Source: Cuniculiplasma divulgatum
GTDB lineage: Archaea > Thermoplasmatota > Thermoplasmata > Thermoplasmatales > Thermoplasmataceae
Direction: 5' to 3'
Assembly (NCBI RefSeq): GCF_900083515.1
Contig: NZ_LT671858.1
Span: 1,200,001 to 1,232,000, forward strand
Length of the DNA stretch: 32,000 nt
The notes below the pieces were generated by a model. That model searched no databases, had not been told where the DNA came from, and worked only from the letters and a program-made list of their open reading frames with translations. The position numbers and the translations under genes are program-made. This document shows, in pieces, positions 18,772 through 25,531 of this stretch. The first letter of the stretch is position 1; every line of letters starts with the position of its first letter.

Positions 18772-19165
18772 TTAGGTTGATATACGTTTTATATATCTAA
18801 TCGTTTCATTAGATTGTTCAGGTTTGTAATTTAAATCAGGGTGGATAGCGGAAAATAATTTGCCTATCGCTTTTTCAAAAAAAATTGCTTAAATTTACTA
18901 CTTTAGCTATTTCTTCAAAGAACTTAATAAAATGCTCTAACTTAGGCTGAGCAAGGTTTGATTGGTTGATTCCACTCGATTCTAGGCTTATTCGTCTCCC
19001 ATAAAAACTTCCCTGCAGCTGAGTTAGTGATTACTGCCTGCCAAGGAGACGCCCTAACTACTTCTTTATTACAACTACCTTTAAACAATACTTCCAATTA
19101 ATCCTTCCATAGATGAAAGATCCATTAGTCCTAATTGACTCGGACCATATGCTTTCTGTTATCAG
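18772..19165 (-). pseudogene. Frameshifted coding remnant of unknown family
   Basis: No ORF of 60 aa or more on either strand between 18307 and 19671. Minus-strand translation still gives protein-like stretches in three phases: KAYGPSQLGLMDLSSMEGLIGSIV* / EVVRASPWQAVITNSAAGKFLWETNKPRIEWNQ... / NLAQPKLEHFIKFFEEIAKVVNLSNFF* / EKAIGKLFSAIHPDLNYKPEQSNETIRYIKRIST*. One phase change coincides with the A8 run at 18879-18886. Confidence 0.3.
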
Positions 19166-19537
19166 TTGACATAATAAGTTCGCCTGTGATTTAATAGCTG
19201 ACTGTTATAACTACTTATCGAACTATCTTCTCTCATTATTATCCAGACACTAAAAAGATTTCTAGATTTTATTCAAGTATAGATAATCAAACATCAAACA
19301 GTACTCAAATTTCATAAAATAATACCTATGATGGTTGTAGAGAAAATAGCAATTAACGTGAATCTGGCAGTCTTCTTACTTGTCTTAGACTGGGAGCCAT
19401 TATTTTTAGATTGATAAGTTTGATATAATAAGATAGAAATTGCAGACTCAAAATACTAGCTAGATGACTTAGTTGGTATCGGAGGCCAGTTTAACACAAA
19501 GAATTTTAACCAAGACGCTTATAACAATCTGGACCTT

Positions 19538-19668
19538 ATGAAAATTCTCTCAGCTGGGATTCAGAATTTGCGTTGTGTTGAAGATTCTGTGGTTTTAATA
19601 TTCAGGGTTTGATTGGTATAGTCGGAAAGAATGAATTGGGCAAAACCACGATTCTTAAGGGAGTTTAG
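19538..19668 (+). pseudogene. Disrupted N-terminus of a RecF/SMC-like (AAA_15/21/23-type) P-loop ATPase
   Basis: ATG 19538 gives MKILSAGIQNLRCVEDSVVLIFRV* (stop 19610-19612). In the neighbouring phase, 19606-19668 reads GLIGIVGKNELGKTTILKGV* (Walker A GKNELGKTT). Together these form the typical head of OLD/RecF-type ATPases, broken by a frameshift and a stop. Confidence 0.5.
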
Positions 19669-19690
19669 AAATTAAACCCAGAAAATATAA

Positions 19691-20125
19691 ATGGTTCCAA
19701 ATTTGTGCCACTGGAATATTATCCAAGAAGAAGATATTCCTCTTATAAATCTCGACACAAAAAAAAATGACATTATTTTCACTATTAAACGGAAATTAGA
19801 TGACAGTGATATCGTTGAAACTGCCAAAAAAGTGGGTGAGAAAACATTTCCTGAAAAGATTATCACTATTACTAAAGGATATGATAATAGGATAAGGGTA
19901 TCTGACAATATAGATGAACAGGAATTAGTGAACCATCTAATATCTACCACAAAATTGAATCCATACGAAATTGCTAGAGTTACCAATACTAAGACTATTC
20001 TAGAGCTAAGGAACAAGCTTACAGGTGCTCCTCGACTCGCATCACCGCAAAATCAACTTCTTAGTACCGTACAATCACTTTCCCCAGATGGACTTCTATC
20101 CACTGTATACAACAACATTGCTTAA
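19691..20125 (+). CDS. Hypothetical protein, possibly the continuation of the disrupted ATPase gene
   Basis: 144-aa ORF in the same phase as ATG 19538. Contains an HTH-like stretch KLNPYEIARVTNTKTILELRNKL and an A9 run (19759-19767). No family recognised. Confidence 0.35.
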   Translation: MVPNLCHWNIIQEEDIPLINLDTKKNDIIFTIKRKLDDSDIVETAKKVGEKTFPEKIITITKGYDNRIRVSDNIDEQELVNHLISTTKLNPYEIARVTNTKTILELRNKLTGAPRLASPQNQLLSTVQSLSPDGLLSTVYNNIA

Positions 20126-20390
20126 GAAAGAACGAAGGTCCTGTCATCCAATAGGAGGGTAGCAGCATTGATAGACTAATTAAATCTTTCGAGGGCCTTT
20201 TGTTAAATTGGGTTTAATATTCGATAGTATGATGCATTCTGCACGTAAGCTTAGCTATCGGAAAAGAACGAAAATTTGAGGATTGTAGTTCCCATCTGGT
20301 GCTTCAGTATCAGTTCAAATTCCGTAACTTATCCTATATCGTGAGAATCAATAATTGAACTTAATTCGATTCGACCTTTATTATCAGGAT

Positions 20391-20603
20391 TCAGCATATA
20401 TTGTTCCATAGTAATGTTATTATGAATTTTGAATACAGATAGAGGAACTCAGTTGACCTAAAGATGTCAAACGAGTATAGAATAGAGCTTTTACCAGTAT
20501 TATTTGCACCAATAATTATAGTCAATAGTTTAAAGTCTATTGAAATGTCTTCCCCATCAAATGGTCCAACATTTTTAATGTCGATCTTGCTTAACAAATC
20601 CAC
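20391..20603 (-). pseudogene. Truncated RecF/SMC-like P-loop ATPase (N-terminal head only)
   Basis: GTG start. VDLLSKIDIKNVGPFDGEDISIDFKLLTIIIGANNTGKSSILYSF (Walker A GANNTGKSS), then nonsense sequence and a stop after 70 codons. Another phase downstream (to ~20130) still reads ...NPDNKGRIELSSIIDSHDIG*VTEFELILKHQMGTTILKFSFFSDS*, which looks like decayed ATPase body. Confidence 0.55.
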
Positions 20604-20622
20604 ATTAGCATAAGTATAACAC

Positions 20623-21222
20623 TTGAAAGTTCAGAAAATTTCCTTTAATGCTCCATTAAAGAAAATATGCATGGAGCTTTATCACAATTTACCAAAGCTT
20701 ATAGATATTCGTGAGAATATTTATATTGCTAAATTTCATATTCATTCAATGGTTCAATGTGTATGTTTTCCCCATTCAGATGATCAATTTGAAACTCCAG
20801 GAGAGCTAATGGTGTGGTTGGATTTTGACTTAAGAAACAACCATAGAGGGTACTATAGATATAGAAAAGGGGTTGGTCTTACACCTTTAGAGCCTGGTTC
20901 CTTAGTTTTATTCTACAAAAATAAGCTTATTGTTGGCTGCGGAGTAGTAGAAAAACCGCCAAGACCATTGACCAAATCTGAAATAGAAAGATGTGATGAA
21001 ATTCATGGTGGCGATAACAACTGTTCAGGGATGGAAAATATACTAAAATTCTTCCCAAATTCAATATGGGTATGGGATGAACACGAATTAGTTAATGAGG
21101 AGGAATTTTATAAAATTACACAAAAAAACCTGAAATATTATGTCACTGTAAAACCAGAGCAAGTTCTTGATATTTTTAAGATAGTTGCGGAAAAAAGGCA
21201 AAAAATGGAGAGATGGGTTTAA
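20623..21222 (+). CDS. Hypothetical protein (orphan; weak PUA/EVE/ASCH-like impression)
   Basis: 199-aa ORF from TTG 20623; the first ATG is at 20671 (MELYHNLPKL...). The central pattern LEPGSLVLFYKNKLIVGCGVVEKPP is reminiscent of PUA-like beta-barrel domains. No catalytic motif recognised. Confidence 0.45.
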   Translation: MKVQKISFNAPLKKICMELYHNLPKLIDIRENIYIAKFHIHSMVQCVCFPHSDDQFETPGELMVWLDFDLRNNHRGYYRYRKGVGLTPLEPGSLVLFYKNKLIVGCGVVEKPPRPLTKSEIERCDEIHGGDNNCSGMENILKFFPNSIWVWDEHELVNEEEFYKITQKNLKYYVTVKPEQVLDIFKIVAEKRQKMERWV

Positions 21223-21450
21223 TCTTCTGCCATTTTGGAATAACTTGTAACAAAATGTTAACTCTTCTCATAGGTTGGAAACAAAATTCTTAACTTTGGA
21301 GACAGAAAACGATAGAATGAGTAAACAGTTGGAAAAATGTTCTCTTTCTGCATACATTGGATGCTTCAGCATAGATATTATGGATTATCTTCCTACAAGT
21401 ACCTTCCGATTTACTGGGGAGCACATAGACCTCTTTTATGAATGAGATAA

Positions 21451-21886
21451 TTAATCAAATGTCTTGCTGGAAAGATACGCATCGTAATCACCCAAGACTA
21501 ACTGCTTGTACTCACAATCCAAACAAATGGTTTTTACATCGCTATATGACTTTGAATCAGAATTGAGATAACGTCGTTGTACTATTGTCATCTCATTGTC
21601 TTTGTGGAATTTTTTTAATACGAACTTATTTTGTCGTCCCATTCTTCTATATAGTTGACAACAGGAAGTGAGTATTTTCTAGCTATTTCTCCCAACTTCT
21701 TTGGATTTGACAATGCAAGTACCAATATAAAATTGCATCCTCTCCAATCTTGGATTAGTTTTTGAACCTTTTAGGCTCGGGGATAGGGCATTTACACTTT
21801 GGGCAATAATAGTTGAGTTTAAAAGCACTAAAAGCATTGATTGCAATAGTTGAAAATAAACGTTTACTACAAATTTGACACTTCAT
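21451..21886 (-). pseudogene. Three-phase mosaic: zinc-ribbon ORF, HTH-like fragment and 63-aa tail (decayed regulator-like gene)
   Basis: ATG 21886 gives MKCQICSKRLFSTIAINAFSAFKLNYYCPKCKCPIPEPKRFKN* (CxxC...CxxC, ends 21755). The next phase reads ...NFILVLALSNPKKLGEIARKYSLPVVNYIEEWDDKISSY* (stop 21615-21617). The third phase is track ORF 21451..21642, which contains ICLDCEYK. Confidence 0.35.
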
Positions 21887-22068
21887 TGAAATATCAAACC
21901 CCTGAGAGTTAGATTGGTGCTATAAAATACATCATCATTAATACGAGAATAAAGACTTTGATAATCATAATGATAGTTTTTCGAAACTCTATTAAAAATT
22001 AATACTATAGCCAGCGCCACAAATACTGAAAATAGTATTGAAAATGCCATCAAATCTCTTATTATCAC
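21883..22068 (-). CDS. Small single-pass membrane protein
   Basis: 61-aa ORF with GTG start; internal ATG gives MAFSILFSVFVALAIVLIF. Its TGA overlaps the ATG of the zinc-ribbon ORF (ATGA at 21883-21886), suggesting translational coupling. Confidence 0.3.
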   Translation of the reverse strand: MIIRDLMAFSILFSVFVALAIVLIFNRVSKNYHYDYQSLYSRINDDVFYSTNLTLRGLIFQ

Positions 22069-22178
22069 TAAGCCTCTAAAGATTAAGGGAAAAAGTGGCT
22101 AAAACTATCCTCTCATTTTTTAATCTTCACCCCCTCATTGATTTTGTAAGGTCGTCTCTTTTTAGAAGAATAAAGCCA

Positions 22179-22333
22179 TCACTTGCGATCGATCATCTCC
22201 TGCGCCTTTTCTTCCAACAAATGTGTGACTATTTCTCCCATGAGATATCATTGTTCTTTGCAGTCTTCTTGAGTTTGTTAATTTCTTCTAATCTCAATTT
22301 CATGACAATTCTCACCTCTTCATTTTCACTCAT
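22179..22333 (-). pseudogene. Ribbon-helix-helix (CopG/antitoxin-like) gene with 1-nt frameshift
   Basis: AGGAGG precedes ATG 22333: MSENEEVRIVMKLRLEEINKLKKTAKNNDISWEK* (stop 22229-22231). The adjacent phase continues MGEIVTHLLEEKAQEMIDRK* (stop 22179-22181). Joined, these give a beta-strand, helix 1 and helix 2 as in RHH proteins. The span is 155 nt, i.e. 3n+2. Confidence 0.45.
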
Positions 22334-22944
22334 TTTTCTTCCTCCTGCTCGTTCAGGAATGTAAGCACTAATGCTCTTATGTAAATAGATGGCGTAATTT
22401 CCGTGATAGACGTTCTGCGTGTAACGTCATCATACACCCGCTTACGAGTCATGAATGAAGTTCGTCAAGTTTCTCCTAATATTTAGATAGTATTACCAAA
22501 TAAATTGCAGGACAATCTCTTCTATTGTCAGCAACTAATCATTTTTCATTTGTATGTGATGTAATTTTCTACGAATCAACTGGAAACACTTTAGACCATT
22601 GATGTTTAAGATTATGAATTGTCATGACGAAGCCATCTCCAACGATAAGTTTGCTGAAAGCATTACATTTTCAGAGAGACCCTCGATTATGGTAGTTATA
22701 ACAATATTAGTTGGGAGAAATTCAGATAATAAGTCATTATCTAAGTTGCCTTCGTGAATCAAAAAAGTTGTGTTTAATAAAAATTGTATATACCATTTTT
22801 ATTCACTGAATCACCAGAGTATTTCACATTTTCAGTTGAACCGATATGACTAGTATAGTATGACAAAACACTATAAAAAAGATCAGCCGATGTGTTTATC
22901 AAACTGTTTCTTCACTGAATAATAGATAAAAACTCCTTTTGTAG

Positions 22945-23322
22945 TTATGTGAGATTAACATTTATGAGTAACTTGAACGAACGATGGTCAGATTGAAACA
23001 TTCCGGATACGTTGACATAGAAGGTCGGGACCAAGAACTCCGATCCCATTTTCATGGAGTTGAGGGAATTTATCATCCTGAGGGATGAAACATTTTCTCC
23101 ATTCCGAGATATGTAGTAATATCCTGTCAGGTTTTGATCATAGATATATGGATATCTGGAATAGGTGTTGCACGTTCCTACTATTGTGTAGGTGAGGTTG
23201 TGCGAGGAATAAGTTATCTGTTGTATAGGTTCAGGCGAAAGTATTTCGTAAATAGAAATTGGAGCAGCAACTACGACCACTGTAATTACAGCGAATATGA
23301 TCATCCTGTTTCTCTTCGGCAC
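22945..23322 (-). CDS. N-terminally anchored secreted/surface protein, sequon-rich
   Basis: 125-aa ORF. MPKRNRMIIFAVITVVVVAAP signal anchor. Five N-x-S/T sequons (NLT, NLT, NVS, NVS, NLT). No family recognised. Confidence 0.45.
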   Translation of the reverse strand: MPKRNRMIIFAVITVVVVAAPISIYEILSPEPIQQITYSSHNLTYTIVGTCNTYSRYPYIYDQNLTGYYYISRNGENVSSLRMINSLNSMKMGSEFLVPTFYVNVSGMFQSDHRSFKLLINVNLT

Positions 23323-23662
23323 TATCTAGGATATTAATATAAACAAGGATAAAAACTTTTATTGTATAATATATTGTCATAGATTAAATGCAATTTTAAT
23401 TTATTCTTTTCAAGATGGGTGAAAGGAAAAGTACTAATCTCATCTTAGGTTAAATGGCCTCATTGGGTCATAATATCTGTAGGTTTGCAGGATTTTTTCT
23501 TCTATCTATTAAATGATCTTAAATAAAATTATTAACGGAATTTATTTTCAACTCTCTTTTGCTTATATATTCATTGGTTCAATTCGCGGAAAGGATAAAG
23601 TTCTTTGTTGAAGGAAAAATGTAGCGTTTTAAAATGTCAGAGAATTATATTCGTATTACAAA

Positions 23663-23746
23663 GCAGAGATTGCCAAGCCAGGTCAAAGTCGATGGATTTT
23701 GGGTCCATTCCTGTTTTGGTTTGCCAGTTAGAATTTGTCCTGACAC
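23663..23746 (+). pseudogene. Degenerate class-II (Leu-like) tRNA relic
   Basis: GCAGAGA-TT-GCCAAGCCAGGTCAAAGTC carries the Leu/Ser-type D arm GCCAAGCCAGGTCAAAG. It has a perfect 5-bp anticodon stem ATGGA/TCCAT with loop TTTTGGG, a long variable region TCCTGTTTTGGTTTGC and a T-arm-like GCCAGTTAGAATTTGTC. However, the T loop has A in place of the invariant C56, the T stem is mismatched, and no 3-prime strand complementary to GCAGAGA follows. Confidence 0.4.
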
Positions 23747-24178
23747 TAGCGATTCCACCAGTGTTTCCCCATTATTTTTCTTAATTGTACATCGCGTACG
23801 TTATGCAGTTAAGAGATCTCGCACTTCTATCTGAAAATGTTTTGGTGGATTTTATGTTTGTTGAATACAACACTTCTAATTTGAGTTTTTCAAAAATAGT
23901 ACTGGTTTTGTTATATACTTAAAAGGTAAATTGTTACACTGTTCAGTTCAACTTAACAAGAACGTGAGAATGATTTAATTTTTCCCTGAACCATTTCTAT
24001 CTAATTAACCAATATTGTGATTTGAATTAATCTATCAGTTAACAATGCATATGCTCACTCCAGTAAACCATAGGCAAATGTATCAAAGTAAACCAACATC
24101 TTTATTAATTCATCAAATTTATTAACAAAGTAAATATACTCAATGGACACAAGTTACAGATATCTGTGGTGATTTTGA

Positions 24179-24847
24179 TTGTATGCAATTATAGAGGATG
24201 AACATCTTGCAAGGGTACCTCCTACCCTACTGGGAGAAAATTATGATAAGGCGATAGAAGAAGTTACAAGGGAAACCCTGCAGGGAACCTTAATAGATTA
24301 TGTCCCTGACAAGAACTCCAGAGCGGACATGCTAAAATGCTATGTCGTTTCCATTCTGAATATTAAAAAAATAGACTATGGAATTATTGTCCATGGAGAT
24401 GGCGGTGTTTATCAGAAGATACACTATAAAGCACTGGCATTTATACCAAAGAATAATGAAATAATTGAGGGAATTGTTGTTTCAGTTGTTCCAAAGATCG
24501 GAGCTTTCGTCAGATTTGGTCCCTTTGAGGGTTTGCTCCATGTCGGTCAGATTATGGATGACAGAATTGATATGGATGAAAGCCAAAACAGGTTAGTTGG
24601 AAAGGATACTAACAGGGATATCAGGATAGGGGATCAGGTAAGAGTAAGAATTGTTATGCTCAACCTGGCATCTTCTTCAGTGAGGGACAGAAGAATAGGA
24701 TTTACAATGAAGCAACCTGGATTGGGAAAATTACAGTGGTTAGAAGTTCCAGCAGTAGGAAGTAGTGAACCAGCGGCAAAAAAAGTATCAAGAAAAAAAC
24801 AAAAACCTGAAGACGGTGAAACCAAGGTAAAGGAGAGTGTTCACTAA
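24179..24847 (+). CDS. rpoE: DNA-directed RNA polymerase subunit E-prime (Rpo7) with S1 domain
   Basis: 222 aa. TTG start immediately after an in-frame TGA, giving the conserved MY.. N-terminus (MYAIIEDEHLARVPP). S1-like EGIVVSVVPKIGAFVRFGPFEGLLHVGQI. Followed by spt4 as in most archaea. Carries an extra Lys-rich C-terminal tail. Confidence 0.9.
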   Translation: MYAIIEDEHLARVPPTLLGENYDKAIEEVTRETLQGTLIDYVPDKNSRADMLKCYVVSILNIKKIDYGIIVHGDGGVYQKIHYKALAFIPKNNEIIEGIVVSVVPKIGAFVRFGPFEGLLHVGQIMDDRIDMDESQNRLVGKDTNRDIRIGDQVRVRIVMLNLASSSVRDRRIGFTMKQPGLGKLQWLEVPAVGSSEPAAKKVSRKKQKPEDGETKVKESVH

Positions 24848-25053
24848 TGGCAGGAAAATCAACCAAGAAGAGGACAATGGCATGCAAAATATGCAAGAAA
24901 ATATACATGGATTCATCATGCCCACAACACGGGGATTCTCATATGAGCGATGAATGGTTTGGATTTCTCATAATAAATGACACAGAAAATTCAATAATAG
25001 CAAAGACAGCAGGAATTACAGAACCAGGAAGATATGCAATTAAGGTCAGATAA
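24847..25053 (+). CDS. spt4: Transcription elongation factor Spt4 (RpoE-double-prime)
   Basis: 68 aa. Zinc motif CKICKK...CPQHG, then SDEWFGFLIINDTENSIIAKTAGITEPGRYAIKV, the conserved Spt4 core. 1-nt overlap (TAATG) with rpoE. Confidence 0.85.
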   Translation: MAGKSTKKRTMACKICKKIYMDSSCPQHGDSHMSDEWFGFLIINDTENSIIAKTAGITEPGRYAIKVR

Positions 25054-25531
25054 GGATTATATCCTTACAGATGAATCCAAACTTTTAATCCAGATAAACA
25101 ATGGAAAAATAACCACTATTGAAGAAATAAAGGAAGTAGATCAGAGATTTTTATACGCAGTTGGAGACTTCACCTGTGAGCTTTTGGAAAAAAATGGTAT
25201 TGATCCTCAGATAATGATCTTCGATCTAACAACAAAAAGAGGAGAAAAGTCTTATCCGGACAGACCAGGTTCAATACAGGTAGAAAATCCTCAGGGAATC
25301 GTAAGTGGGAAACTTATTGAGATTATAGAGAAAAGTTTCAATGAAAACAAAAGGATCAAAATCAGAATAATAGGAGAGGAAGATCTTGCAGTTTTACCAA
25401 TAATTTTTTATGCTCCTGTTAATTCACTGGTAGTTTATGGAATTCCTGATGTGGGAACTGGTTCCATAAGGATTGATGAAAGGGTTAAGGAACTAACTAA
25501 TTCAATATTAGAAAAAATGGAAGTGAAATGA
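25034..25531 (+). CDS. DUF359-family protein (archaeal GTP-dependent dephospho-CoA kinase type)
   Basis: 165 aa. AVGDFTCELLEKNGIDPQIMIFDLTTKRGE and IIGEEDLAVLPIIFYAP match my recollection of DUF359/COG1909. The position between spt4 and S24e is the conserved archaeal arrangement. Confidence 0.7.
   Translation: MQLRSDKDYILTDESKLLIQINNGKITTIEEIKEVDQRFLYAVGDFTCELLEKNGIDPQIMIFDLTTKRGEKSYPDRPGSIQVENPQGIVSGKLIEIIEKSFNENKRIKIRIIGEEDLAVLPIIFYAPVNSLVVYGIPDVGTGSIRIDERVKELTNSILEKMEVK

Noticed and set aside
19672-20016. 114-aa hydrophobic minus-strand ORF
   Set aside because: It lies fully inside, and antisense to, the 144-aa plus-strand ORF. It is rich in Ile/Phe/Ser, as expected from AT-rich antisense. 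I cannot exclude it, but nothing supports it.
21703-21710. Possible att direct repeat of the tRNA-Asp 3-prime end (tcaaatcc on the minus strand; also caaatcc near 20595)
   Set aside because: Only 7-8 nt match and the flanks diverge immediately, which is chance level in 5.6 kb. I could not identify a convincing att repeat for tRNA-Asp by eye.
22095-22364. 89-aa plus-strand ORF
   Set aside because: It is antisense to the RHH gene and the 40-aa coupled ORF, which have a ribosome-binding-like AGGAGG and a recognisable fold pattern. The plus-strand translation is Leu/Phe/Ser-rich filler.
22330-22452. Possible in-frame N-terminal extension of the RHH protein from ATG 22452
   Set aside because: A nucleotide count (119 nt between the two ATGs) shows they are in different phases. 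The upstream ORF ends in a TGA overlapping the RHH ATG, so these are two coupled ORFs, not one.
23634-23834. 66-aa ORF
   Set aside because: It overlies the tRNA-like relic. The locally higher GC that keeps the frame open is explained by the RNA-gene-derived sequence.
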